Origin: the human T2T-CHM13v2.0 reference genome, Homo sapiens
Assembly: GCF_009914755.1 (NCBI RefSeq)
Contig: NC_060941.1
Direction: 5' to 3' (one strand)
Length of the DNA: 64,000 nt
A program made the translations under genes and the position numbers. Each line of letters starts with the position of its first letter. Position 1 is the first letter of the stretch. This document shows positions 13,011-25,954 of the stretch, piece after piece. The notes below the pieces were generated by a model. The model made no database searches. It was not told the origin of the DNA and saw only the letters and a program-made list of their open reading frames with translations.

Positions 13011-13043
13011 TTCTACTTCACATTACCAACTCATGAAGGTCCA

Positions 13044-13322
13044 TTTATTTTTTTTGAGTCGGAGTCTTGCTCTGTCACCCAAGCTGGAGTGCAGTGGCGC
13101 AGTCTCAGCTCACTCTGCCTCCCCAGGTTCAAACGATTCTTCTGCCTCAGCCTCCTGAGTAGCTAGGATTGCAGGTGCCCACCACCATGCTCGTTTAATT
13201 TTTGTAGAGATGGGGTTTCACCATGTTGGCCGGGCTGCTATCGAATTCCTGACCCCAAGTTATCCACCTGCCTCAGCCTCCCAAAGTGCTGGGGTTACAC
13301 ATGTGAGCCACCACGCCCAGCC
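13044..13322 (-). mobile_element. AluS with small internal deletions
   Basis: Reverse-complement Alu dimer; middle A-rich linker shortened. Confidence 0.9.
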
Positions 13323-15599
13323 ACGAAGGCTCTTTTGTCAGGAGAAAAAGCTGTTTCAAATATCAGCCTAGCAAAGTTAAAATATGAAGAATTAATGTTG
13401 GCATGTTAGATATCAATGTAACCATTAAAAACAAACCCAAAATAAAACCCCCCAAAAGCTATAACTTTCTTAATATTGCTTAGGCCAATAAACAGGACTC
13501 ATGTTGACATTAACTGAAGTTCAGGCTCCAACCAGCAGCAGGAGAGTTTTGAAGCTGCAGAAGAGATTTCTTGTCACCTTCATCAGAGTATCTGCCTTAC
13601 CCTAAGCCCTTCAGTAATATATTCAGAATTTCAAGATTGGATCATGTGAGCAGGACTTAACAGGCCTACCTCTGCCTGAGCTTGGCTGGGTTTCAGACCT
13701 CAGCCGCAGAGACGAGGCACTATAAATAGACGAGGGAAAGAGATTTAGCTCAAAAATCCTGTGTTCTCAGAATTGCCACCTTCTACCTTTTGGGCCAAGC
13801 TGTCCTAGCGTTGAAGCCATGATGTTTGCCTAGGTAACTTGGCATGAGTTAGTTTTCATGCCAGCCCACACCCCAGTCACAGAACCATGGTTCCTTGATA
13901 TTAGGTGAGCATTGACAAGAAGGTGACTTTAGCCTTGGCCCTAAATATGAGGAATACAGTCAGAGAACTTCTTCCTTAGTGGCATGCAGTGAAAGGAGTG
14001 GGTTTGTATTGCCAGTGACCATTAGGATGTGAAGACTGGAGATGGCATTGATAAGGGAGACTCATAGGATTTCAGTGACTCATAGTACAGGATGGTATAC
14101 ACAAGGCACTGGAGAAAGACCCATTTCCTCTGGGTTCATGGTAATTACAAATGCCTTTAGTAATCTCCCCAGGCTGTTAACCATTGTGGGTGCAAGGAAA
14201 TCTGGGTTTTCAGTGACAAGGTATTAAAGCCTGCATTTCCCTGTTGTTAGTAGTTGCTGCTTCTTAGCTTGATTTCCTTGAAGAGACTGAAGAGTAGCAG
14301 CCGGCAAGTAATGTCTTTCAAAAGGATATATCCATTCTGCTGAAAAGCATGGAACCAAAATAATCTGTAACCTATTCCACCCAAATAAATAAGTCAGCAA
14401 ATAAGTCTGCTTTCATTGTATTGTCTTCTCCATAAATATCCTTTAAATTGAGGCTGAGTGACAAGATATGCTTCTGCCACTAAAATGGTATCACTGATGA
14501 TATTGAAAGAGCCTTTAAAATACCACAATTGTCACTGAAACTATACTTTGCTTTTTTTCCCCCTTCTCCTTTGCTAGTAACTAGGTCTCTTTGGGAATTT
14601 TTAAAGTGACAATTGGTAGATTGTAGTCGATGATATTTCTTCCACATAATACTTCTGAATGCCACTCAACTCTGCCTTGATTGGCTCCAAATATCCCAAA
14701 GAAGAAAAATGTTTCATTTGAAAATGTAAAGCTTATTGGAGGTCATTTGCTCCCTAACTTTTACCCCTTTGCAGAAGGGGCAAGGAAAAGGCAACAGTGG
14801 TAAGACTCGGCCTCAAAGGAACATAACTGCTGTCAAAATCAATCCATAGCTATCGGCTTGAGTACAGGGTGGTATATGCTTATTAGATTCTCAAATGTTA
14901 TTCAGCTTGATTGCAGCTTTTATACAAAGGAGTTAAGACACGGGTAGGAAAGATAATAGAACTATAAATTGCAAGACAGCTTCTTATGAAATCAGTAAAT
15001 TATTCATTTAACAGTTCACTCTTTGTTGATTTCATGTTGCTATGGCACCTCAAGATGGAGGCGAGTCAGTCCACCGGCCCAACCAGGGGCCTTACACAGA
15101 TGCACAAATCCTGGTGGAAGGCAGATAATGCATTACGTACAACCTTCGGCCACATGATAAATTGCCTGTTTATCTGGCAAATTCCAAGGAGATCTGCTGG
15201 AGAGAACTGAAAGAGATATCTCACAGTGGCTAACATTTCTTGGAAGAGACCCAGCCATCTCAGGGTTTGAGTCAGAATCTGTTTAAGAAGGCATTAAGAA
15301 TGCATTGTCTTGGAGTGTCTTGCCTGTCTCCCGAGATTGTTGGAAACACCATCGGCTCACAGTTGCTTTGGCGTTCACGCTACAGTAAATGCCTGACTTC
15401 ATTTATTATTTTGATGGGCAAAGAAAACTGCCTGCCGACAGCCATGCTCCTTCCTAAGCTCTTCCCAGACTTACTTTTGTAGTCCTTCTCTACCCGTGTA
15501 CAATTTGATTTCTTGCTGCTTGTTAAATTATTGTACTTACGAAATATATTGCCATGGCCAAGTCTGTCATTCGTGTACATGGCGTGGAAGGGAGTTTGG

Positions 15600-15760
15600 G
15601 TGCCAGAGGAGTTAGGAAGCTTGATGCTGTTGTTGGCCGTGACTTTGGTGACAGTGTGACCTTGGACAAGTTCCTTTATCTCTAGGGTCTCAGCATCTTC
15701 ATCTGAAGCATGAAAAGTTTGGGGTGGTCCCTTCCTTCTTTAACCTCCCGAGACTCTGTG
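15600..15760 (+). mobile_element. MIR fragment
   Basis: gtgaccttggacaagttcc...ctcagcatcttcatctgaa. Confidence 0.65.
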
Positions 15761-16267
15761 CCTCTCACATGTATAGATTCCCTGTTTGTAGACAGCAGTG
15801 CTGTTATGGGGACCTCTGAAGGCTATCTGAATGTGCCTGCATTTAGCAAGTCAAGGCCAGACCCTCCAGATGCACTGGACTGTGGGGACATTTTGTGTGA
15901 ATGAGACTATTAAGAATTTAGCAGTTCATTCTGACAGCTTGATAGATGGAGTGGTTTTGCATGGCATCCATGTAGGAATTGACTAAAAAGGAAACATTTT
16001 CTGAGAGTCCGGCTGTGTGTGCATGCTGGGAGGTTTTTCTCAAATCAGATTTTAAAACTTTGCTCTGAAAGACCAACAACAATAACCTAATCCAATATCC
16101 TTGTATATTTGATTCTACTGACCATAACATTTCTTAATTTCTGCTTTTGGCTTCTGTAGCCTAATATACTAATGATAATAAGTATTAGTGTTGTATTAGG
16201 AGGTAGATGCTATTATCCCTCTTGCATTCGTTGGAGTCTAGTTAGGGGATAGAAACCATGCTAGTTG

Positions 16268-16340
16268 AGCTGTTCTGCTTATAGAGTAGCCATTCTTTAT
16301 TCCTTTACTTTTTTAATAAACTTGCCTTAAAAAACAAAAA
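16268..16340 (+). mobile_element. Retroposed MER41-LTR R-region fragment with A tail and 17-bp TSD
   Basis: Body AGCTGTTCTGCTTATAGAGTAGCCATTCTTTATTCCTTTACTTTTTTAATAAACTTGCCTT plus A6CA5; TSD AGAAA(C/A)CATGCTAGTTG at 16251-16267 and 16341-16357. Confidence 0.85.
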
Positions 16341-16440
16341 AGAAAACATGCTAGTTGTTTGTACACAGAGAGTTAAGCTAAGGAAGTGTTCATGGGGATG
16401 TAAAATTAACTAACTGAAAGAGTAAAAAGAAAACTAAGGA

Positions 16441-16589
16441 ATTGGTTCTTCAATATTAGGGTGCATCCGAATCACCTCTGGGGCTTATTCAAACACAAAT
16501 GACTGGCGCCCCCCAAATTCACATTTCTAATACGTTTTCGAGTGATGCTGATGTGGCTGTTTTGCGGGGCCACGCTTTGAGAACCACTG
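16441..16589. mobile_element. MER5A DNA transposon, internally deleted
   Basis: tggttcttcaa...gcatccgaatcacct...catttctaa...tgatgctgat...ctttgagaaccactg. Confidence 0.8.
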
Positions 16590-17449
16590 CTGCCGGGTAC
16601 TGCGGAGGTAGCAACTGCAGGAAGCCACCACCCTTACCCTACCTAGGGCTGATGAGGGAAAGACTAAAACTTAGATGTTTGGAGGAGGAACCCAAGGCCT
16701 CTGAGGAGGGATCTGGGCCACTGGTGCTCATGTCTCTGAGGGGGTGGATGCTGTGTTGCTGGTTCTGCAAGTGTTGGGAGAAACTACACGCTGGATTCAG
16801 CTGCTGGTACAGGAAGGCACCTTTACTGCCAGGATGAAGAAGCATTGCTGGGGTGATGCTCACAGGAACCACAAGCCAATAGGAAGCCCCCAGGCAGCAG
16901 ATGGGAGGGAGCAAGACCCTCTTCCTCCTCCAGCCTTAGGGTCTCCCTCTAGCACACGCTGTTGGCAGAGCCTACCAGGGAGCTAGGGGCAAATCAAAAA
17001 TGTAAGTGGTTTGTAGGGTCCCAGGTCTAGTGGAGAATAAGTATAAAAGGGTGGGTTTGGAACCGAGAGCTGGTTTTACAAATGGAGAAACGGAGGCACT
17101 TTCCCAAGGTCTCTCATACTGGGTGGCAGGGATGGAATTTGAACCCAGGTAGTTTGGCTGCAGAGCCCTTGTTTAACCCCACCTCAGGCTGTTGGCTGAG
17201 AGGCCATTCTCTCTGGCTCACCTTCCTCCCTGTGACTGTTCTTGGCCTCCGTTAGCAGTCGCTTCTCTTTCCCTGCTCCTCAGGCAGATGCCCGTAGGAC
17301 TTCATTCCCTGCATCTTCTCCCTCCACCTCTACCCCTAGCATCACCTTTAGGCGAGTGGGTCCATGTCTGTACCTCCACCCTTGGCTCCTTCGGGGGAAA
17401 TGCCAAGCTTGGAAGGCCAGTGATTTCCTGGACGTTTCACCTGGAATGT

Positions 17450-18150
17450 TCTGTAGATTCCTCAAATATTTCTTCCCCCTCGGAACTCAGTACTGTCAGC
17501 CTCAACAGCTTCCTTTCTTCTGATTATTTCAGATTCTAAATCTGTTTTTCATTAGACTGGCTTAGTAGTTACCACAGCCTTCTTTGTACACTTCTCTACC
17601 CAGTTTATCCAGTAAACTGTGATTAGAGAAGTGTGCCTTAAAAACAACTGTGTTCATGTCATTCCTCTTCTTCCCTGTGGCCTCTGAAGAAAGCTGAGGC
17701 TTCTCAGAAAGCAGTTGTCTTCATTGCTGAGTGCTTGGACCCTCTGTGGAGCATGCCCTGTGTCCTTTCCCTAGGTAGTTCCAGCTTCTCCATCCCTGCT
17801 GGGCTACTCATGGCCTTGGCTTCCGTCCTCTCTCAGACCACCCATGGTTGTTTTTGTCACTCTCATGTCAGCAATGCCACCATTTCCACCCCATCAGAAC
17901 TCTTACCTGTGCTCGAAGACCCAATTCCACTGCCACCTGCTCCATGAGGCCTTCCCTGCTTCTCTCTCGGGGAAACATGGTCTCACCTTTCTGTAAACTC
18001 CCCTGGGTTTTATCTGTGTCACTCCTGCACAGGCAAGGCCCTCTGCCCACTGGAGGCTGAGTCTTTGTCTGAGCAGATTCATATCTTTTCTGTTTCTGAA
18101 TTTCCCAGGGTGCCTCGTGTAGAGCCCTTAGTGCCGGCTCACTGCAGAGC
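17450..18150 (+). mobile_element. L2 fragments
   Basis: Pyrimidine-rich degenerate L2 3' region (catgtcattcctct..., ccatgaggccttccctg, gtgcctcgtgtagagcc). Confidence 0.45.
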
Positions 18151-19879
18151 TGAGTGTTTCCAGTTCAAATGTGTGTTCCCAGAGTGGGTTTTGTTTCCCA
18201 TTTAAGAACAGCCTTCCTGTCATCCAGCCTCAAACAGGTTGGCCTGGACTATTCTAGTCTTAGGAAAGGTGGCCCAGGTGTGAAGCCACAGGCCACACTG
18301 TTGCTTTTAGCACATGTTTCACAGCGAGGAACAGGGACTCTGCCCTCAGTTTTCTCTGTTGGGTTACTTTCATGTCTACTCAATTGAGAGTTTTAAATCC
18401 TTTTATTTCTAAAGATCGCCTGGTTAACGTATGAAGCTTTCTTGGGTCCATGTTGGCCTGTTGTTTAATGTTTCTCATTTGCCTGCGTATCTGGAAAAAA
18501 ACAGACTCATTTGCACAGATAGAAACAAAAGATTGTGCAGATGGGAGCCACGCATGGAAGGGAAGGAATACTGATCTCCCTAATGCATCTTCCTTGCGAA
18601 ACATGGAGCTGCTCAGGAAAGAAAGGGCCCGTGATTCAACAGTTGGGGAAATGTGGGTTCAACGGGCTCCCTTCCTGCAGACCTTCACGGAGCCTTTGAT
18701 ATGTAGTGATGAGCTTCCTGAATCTTGATCTGCATGCTGAGTTCCTCAGATGAGGTTAATTTGACCACAGGAGTGTGGTTCCATGGAACTAGTATTCCTT
18801 GGAATGTGCTTTGAGAAAAGTTGCCATAAAGACTATGAGTGTCAAAGGGATGAAGGAAGCAGGAGTTCAGGCTGAGGATGAGCCAGTGACCCCCTGCTCT
18901 GGCCGTGGAGGGGAGGGCATCACTAGGTGAAGCAAGCCCTCAGGAACAAATCTGCACCTGTGTTCTGAGCCCACTCCACTCTTGCAGGCCAAGACTGCCC
19001 ACACCACACCAATGTAATAGACCCAGCTTCTCTGCCTCTCCAGGGAAAGCCGTTAGGGTACTGCAGGGAGGGGGTCGGTTTCGCCAACCAGGCTCATTCC
19101 CTCAGTCACCTCCCAAGGATACAGTGTCAGAATAACAGCTTCTGAAATGAGTTTTCTCCACTCATGCAAATTGCTCTCTGACTTTGAACACCCACGTGAG
19201 TAGAAGCAGTGTTTTGGCTGCCTGGTTGGTGAAGGAGGAACATCACAGGGTTATTTTTTCCCCTAGCAAATGCAGACAATACCCTCCCTCTAATCAACAG
19301 GTTCATAAGCGTTTGTCTGAGAACCAGAAATGAATTTACAAGGGGCTCTCTCCTAGCCTTGTGGAATTAGAGCAGAGATATTGCTTTCTTTTCACTTCAG
19401 TTAATCCAAATGAGCTGAGTCTCCTTTCTATAGGGAAGGGCAAAACAAAACAAAAACCTAACCCAGCAAAAACAAGGCTTTCTTACTGCCAAACTGGGGC
19501 TCCGAAAATAGTTTGGGTCATTGGAATCATGAAAGAAATAGTGTTTATATAACCTCTCTCTTGCAGAGAACTTGAAAGTGATTTCCTTTCGTTTTATGCA
19601 AATAATATATGGGATTTATATTACCCACTTTGTCAAACTCATCTTCCTTGTATGTGTTTGGAAAGCTTATTCACTGGTGGTCAGGCTTCTTGTTTTTCTT
19701 CTGGGTAGACTGCCTTTTAGACAATAAATTCTGAAGTCTTTGTTAATTCCGAGCTGGGAGGATACAAATGGCGGTCCATCCTGAGTGTGGGAAGGAGAAT
19801 CAGTTTGAAAGAGCTCTTTTATCTGCACTCCTTAGACTTTTTAGTGTTGTTTCGGTTATTTTAGTGTATTGCCAGACTC

Positions 19880-20200
19880 ACGGAGAACTTCGTTTGTCCA
19901 AAGCTCCACAAAGGCTGCAAAGATAAACCAAGCTGTCCATGTCCTTACTGGCAGGGATCACAGAGTCTAGTGGGTGAGAGAGTGACAGATACCATAATAC
20001 AAGGCAAGTAAGTACTGGGTGCATGCAAAGTGCTTTGGGATTGTAAAAGAGAAAGAGAAAAAACCCAGCCAAGTAGGGAGGGGAAAAGCTGCCATCTGAG
20101 CTTCACTTGCAGGCTAGGTTACATTTCAGCAGGCAGAGGCAGGCAATATGGCCCTGAGCAAGGGAAGTACAGAAGTGGGAAGTGCAGGGGACTTCAGATC
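19880..20200 (-). mobile_element. L2 fragment
   Basis: agagtctagtggg...gcaaagtgctttgggatt...catctgagct. Confidence 0.5.
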
Positions 20201-20599
20201 ACGGGGTGAGGGAGGAGGCTCACTGAGAGAGAAGACCAGTACTGTGCTCTGTGGGGCCAGCTCATGAGACCGCAAAGATAGTAGCAGCTTTGATGCCAGG
20301 CTGGGAATTCTGCCTGCGCTGTTGGGAGCCAGTCACGTGTTCCACACAGGTGAGTGGCCTGTTCAGATTCTGTCCCTGTGTGCTCCATCCTAGTGGTACC
20401 TGGGAGTTGTCATCTCCGTGCCTCTCTTTTTTCTGTCCCCAAATCTCCAGTTATCAGTCTTTCTATTGCACCCAAAAAAACTGCTTGCCTCTCTCCCTAG
20501 TTGTATGTGGTCCCTGTGTCCTCATCACTCATCCATCAAGTGACAAAACTCTTCTCTTAACCTTCAGCCTTGGCCTCCTCTGGTCTACCCTTTCCATGC

Positions 20600-21090
20600 T
20601 GCCAGAGGGATGGTTTTAAGCTGCACTGGCCATGTTCTTCCCCTGCTCAATACCTGGCAGCAGCCCTGTCATCTCCCCAGGAAAGCCTGAGCTCCTTGGT
20701 GAGGCTGATGAGGTCCTCCCAGGTGCAGGTGCACTCTCCATGCCTCTGCCTTCTCACGCACTCAGCTTTAACCACACCAAACTGGATGCACTTCCTCTCT
20801 CTTGTCTCTTTAAAGGGACTGTGTCTTCTGCTTGGAACTTTCCCTTTGTGAACTCCCATAGCCATCCCTCAGCCCACAGACATCTGCACGCATGCCAGCT
20901 CCCTCCCTCCCCTACCCGGTCTATTGGGTTGCGTCTCCCTCCCTCTATTCTCATAGTACTTGGTGCCCCCTCTGTGCACACAGCCCGGTGCTTTATGGTT
21001 ACTTTTTGCCTGCCTGTCCATCATGTCACTAGATGGTGAGTTCCTCCCAGTGCCTAGCTCTGTGCCAGGCCAATGATAGGACCCCAGGAA
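20600..21090 (+). mobile_element. L2 fragment
   Basis: tcttctgcttggaactttccc...cccagtgcctagctctgtgccaggc...atagg. Confidence 0.55.
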
Positions 21091-21458
21091 ATGTGTGTGG
21101 GAGAGATTAGAAGGAGAGAGCTGGAAGGAGGAAGACCCATTTGGAGCCCAGGGCAGCAGCCAAGCCACCTTCATTTGTCCCGACGATCATGCTGGTCCCA
21201 GAGTTGGCCTCATTCCTCCAGAGGGTGGTACTAAGATTACTGGAGAAAACAACCAGGGGGAAGCTCACTGGTATATAACATCAGCTCCCTTCTCCTCGTC
21301 CCAGGAGGAAATGATATTTCCATACATCCTAAACATCCGCCTCCTTGCAGCATCTGCGGAAGCTTGCTTGAGTAATGAAAGATAATCAGCAATAGTTGAA
21401 ATTTCCTATCCTTGGGCAGGTCTTTTTTTCCTACTATATTATGTATTTAAATACATAG

Positions 21459-22096
<638 letters not shown>

Positions 22097-23109
22097 TTAT
22101 GCTAATTTATGTGTCATCAGAGTCATTAAGGGTCATGAAGAGCCTTGGGTTCTGGTCGCAGCTCTGTTGCCAACTGGCTGAGTAGACTTCCGCAAGCCAC
22201 GTGCTTTCTGGGGCCCAGGCAGCCCTCATCTGCCAAAGAAGGGAGTCGGATGAAATCTCCAAGAGTCTCTCCTGCTTCCCACTTCCATGAGTTTATGAAA
22301 GATGCAGGGATGTGGTGTTGGCATTGGGGTCTGATGGAGCTTCTCAAGGGAGAACATGCCCCTAAAGAGGCATGTAGCAGCTGGGGAGGGATGGAAGGGG
22401 AGTGAGGGCTGGAGACTTTGGGGGTCCAGGAGCAGGTGCTCCCAGCTGCTTGTGGCAAGAGAGGAAGGGAGGGAGACACTGAAGAGAAGAGCAGGTCTGC
22501 AGGCAAGGAAGAAGCAGCCAAATGGCCCTGGGGTTCTGACCATGAGCTTTGGAATTCCAGAGTGGCCAGGGAGGCTCCTGGCACGGCCAGTCCCTCAGTG
22601 GACAGAGGCCGGCGGGGCCAGCTGGTACAGCCCAGCAGCTTTCCCAGAACCTCTGTGGGTTGCGTGCCTGGGAGGACTCAGCCAGCACTGGCTCCTCTTC
22701 TGTCCTCAGAACCATCTCCACCTTAACTCCTCCCTGGCACATGCAGCTCTTTCTCAATTATTTATCAGTAGCAGCATCCATATTAGCCCACTGTGTGCTG
22801 GGCACAGTGCCGGACACTGGTGACTGAGACACTGGTGACCCAACCTTTGCTAAGAAACAGGACTTGGGGAGAAAGAAGAAAAGCAACAAAGTGGGTTATC
22901 TCTAAGTCCAAGTATCTCTTGGTGTTGTAGCTCCTGTGGGCACTGCAAACTCATGTTTTTATTATTTGAAGGAAGAGGAATTAGGGTGAGCAGGAGGGTG
23001 ACGAGAGGGTGATTGGAAAGTCCAGATGTTGGGCTCTATGAACAACTTATGTCTGCTTTAAATTCTCATAGGAGACTGAAAACCAAGAATATACCTAATG
23101 GTAACAGGC

Positions 23110-23290
23110 AGTAGACCAAAGATCATGGACTGTGGCTCTCTCCCAGGGCAAGCTCTTTAGTCTCCCTGATCCTGAATTTCCTCATCTATAAAATGGGGAT
23201 CATCAAGCCTATCTGGAAGGGTTGCACTAGAGATGCAGGTGAAATCGTGGATGTATGATGCCTGCCACTCAATAGATGCTAGTTCTTCTT
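23110..23290 (+). mobile_element. MIR
   Basis: gggcaagc...tttcctcatctataaaatgggga...ctcaatagatgctag. Confidence 0.7.
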
Positions 23291-25666
23291 TCTCTTGCTG
23301 ATTTAGCAACAGGCTTCCTTTTAGGCCCCACAGAGATCTCTCCTTTGTTCTCTTAAGTCTAATATGTTTAGATCTATTGCTGACACCTGATGAAATTTGC
23401 CAAGTGTCTTGAAGTGGCTACAGTGCCAAAAGGCTTGTTCTTGGCAGGTACCATATTTCAGTTTCTCAGATCTCCTCTGGCAAGAGTTCTGCAGACATTC
23501 TCTAATCGGAGTTTGGGGGCTACTTAAATGATTAGTCCCACTGAAGGTAGACCTCTGCTTTGAAAACAGCCCTCTGTTGTCCAGGAAGGGCTTGTGCATG
23601 CCTTTATAAGAGGTCATGTAAAGCATGGTTGGGACAGAAGTTGTATTGGGTTCACTTGTGTGTCCTGGCTCCTAAAGCAAAGGGATTATCCTTGCCAAAG
23701 GAGAAATATTTGGAATAAAATACCATGGCTCATGTTTCAAGATATCACAGGCCGAGAAGCGACCATGATCTTGGTGAGATGCCCTGATGTTTTTTTCTGT
23801 GGGGCACATCATAAAAGAAGTTTGGTTAAACATTTTGGCCTGCTCCTCATTTCCCAGCTCCAATCTTCCAGATTTTCTGAGTAGCTGACATGCCTTCTAG
23901 GGGAAATTTTGCATTCTTCACTTCCTCTACCTCTCTTTCTTCCCCTCTGTTTTTTTTCTTTTCTAGCCAGGGGCAGCAGCTTAGTACTTGGAACCTGCCA
24001 CTTAGAATGGCTCAGACTCCTTGGAGCCAAGGGGCACGCTGGCGGTTTCTGCCAAGCACCTGGCCAGGGTTCCGGGGTGGGGAGGACGGATGGGAGGTGT
24101 CACACTGCCCCTCGTGGGCCATTGCCTCACAGCTTGCAGGTGTCCTGGCGCTGGGATAAAAGGGCTTATCCTTGAGACCTCAGGAGCGTTTCTGCCAAGC
24201 GCTCGCATTGGTCAGTTTATTCGGATTCTCCTGTAGAGGGGAGTTACCTGCTTCTTCCTATTTCTGTTTTCTGTTACAAGACCTGGCTAGAGGCCTCTCT
24301 GAGAGCGCAGTCAGGCACAAAGCCCGGCAGAGGCATTGGAGAAGACAGGTCATGGAGTGAATGAGCGAAGGAACTCTGAGATTCTAGGGTGTTAACTCTT
24401 AGAATACCCAGATCCTACATAGCTGCAATTCAGCAGAACATTGACCCTGGCAGCCAGAGTACTTTTCAGACTAGCTGAGGTGCTGGAAAGCAGCCCAGGA
24501 GGACACTTGGGGCAGAGGCAGCCAGCCTGGGGTTCAACATTTGTGGCTGATAATAGAGACCTCGGATAAATGGAATATAGACATGTTACATCTCCTGATG
24601 CAGAGCTCCTGCAGCCAGAGGGTCTTGGCCTTTGGGGGACCTCTTTGGGAGGGCCTGGGGTCAGATGGGGGTGGACTTGGGCCTGAGTCCATCAGAGAAA
24701 ATGTGGGGAGTTGGGGTAGAGACCAATGGCTGCCAATGCTCACTTCCAATTCAGGAATCATTGCGCCTTCCTGCAGGAGGATGGCCAACGCCTAATGATG
24801 ATGATGATTTTTTCAAAGCCTTCACGACTGCTCTAATGATAGGCATATGAAGCCACAGTTTTCCTCCTTCCTGCTGTTCATTCAACCTTTCTAGCCTGGC
24901 AGCTTTGCCTCAGTTTTCCTCCCTGGATGATGAATCCACAAGTCTGGCCAGAAGGAAGATGAGCATTACTCTGAAAGTCATTTTGTACTTTTAAAACTTA
25001 TTTTCTTTCTCTGAGTTCTGTATTAGTGTTGTAATTTGCTCCTGATACCACCTAAATCAGTTGCGATTAAAGCTTTTCTATCTTTCTTTTTTTGTTTAAA
25101 AGAAAAAAACAGATTTGCTGCCTGGAGTTCACGTATTAACAAAGATGAAAAAGATAGTGTCTGATTTATAATGTACTGAATTGCCTAAGTCTTTCATTTG
25201 TAATTCTTGACAGTGTTCCTCTAGTAAAGCGAGGCATCGTTCTGTTGTCAGGGGCTCAGTAATCGCCATGAAAAACGGGGGAAGGATTTGTGAGACATTC
25301 TATATGAGTACCGAAGGTGATGGACAAGTAAAAATCAGGACGGCATAAATTACTCAGTATCTTTCTTCTCCACAATTATTTTCACTGTGGCATTACTATA
25401 TTGGTATGTCCTCCGGGTCCCTTTAAGGTCAAGAAATCAGGAGATAAAAACCTTGTAGCATTTGACCTGATCAATACTGAGGGTTCTCAAATAGATATCT
25501 AAGTCTTTGGCAGCTGATGCTGGATGGGCAAGGGAAAAACATAGTTTTTGATAGGTATTGAAGAAGCTTCAGCAGCCGCTGAGTACATGGGGCCTCTTTC
25601 CCATGCGTCTGATGTGCTGTGTGCCAGTCTGGGGAGGGGTGAGGGAACTCCATTTGGGTTCTCAGT

Positions 25667-25954
25667 TTTGTTTTGTTTTTTTTTGAGACAGAGTTTTGCT
25701 CTTGTTGCCCAGGCTGTAGTGCAATGGCACGATCTCAACCTCTGCCTCCCGGGTTCAAGCAATTCTCCTGCCTCAGCCTCCCAAACTGGGATTACAAGCA
25801 CCTACCACCACACCCAGTTAATTTTTGTATTTTTAGTAGAGACGGTGTTTTACCGTGTTGGCTAGACTGGTCTCAAACTCCTGACCTCAGGTGATCCACC
25901 TGGCTTTGCCTCCCAAAGTGTTGGGATTACAGGCGTGAGCCACCATGTCCAGCC
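25667..25954 (-). mobile_element. AluS (Sq/Sp-like)
   Basis: TSD TGGGTTCTCAGT at 25655-25666 and 25955-25966. Confidence 0.92.

Larger units (their letters stand above)
16223..17070 (-). mobile_element. Old ERVL-class solo LTR (LTR41-like)
   Basis: Interrupts the MIR; ccctctagc..tgttggcagagcct and aagggtgggtttgga resemble recalled LTR41-type sequence; family and strand tentative. Confidence 0.55.
16195..17180 (-). mobile_element. MIR split by an LTR (halves ~16195-16220 and ~17073-17180)
   Basis: gaggtagatgctattatccc ... ttttacaaatggagaaacggaggc rejoin to the MIR sequence attatccccattttacagatgaggaaactgaggc. Confidence 0.7.

Noticed and set aside
16945-16970. CTCF site in the LTR41-like element (TAGCACACGCTGTTGG)
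   Set aside because: Four mismatches to the CTCF core; probably decayed.
20347-20355. Perfect donor CAG|GTGAGT
   Set aside because: No convincing upstream acceptor; isolated donors are common in long introns.
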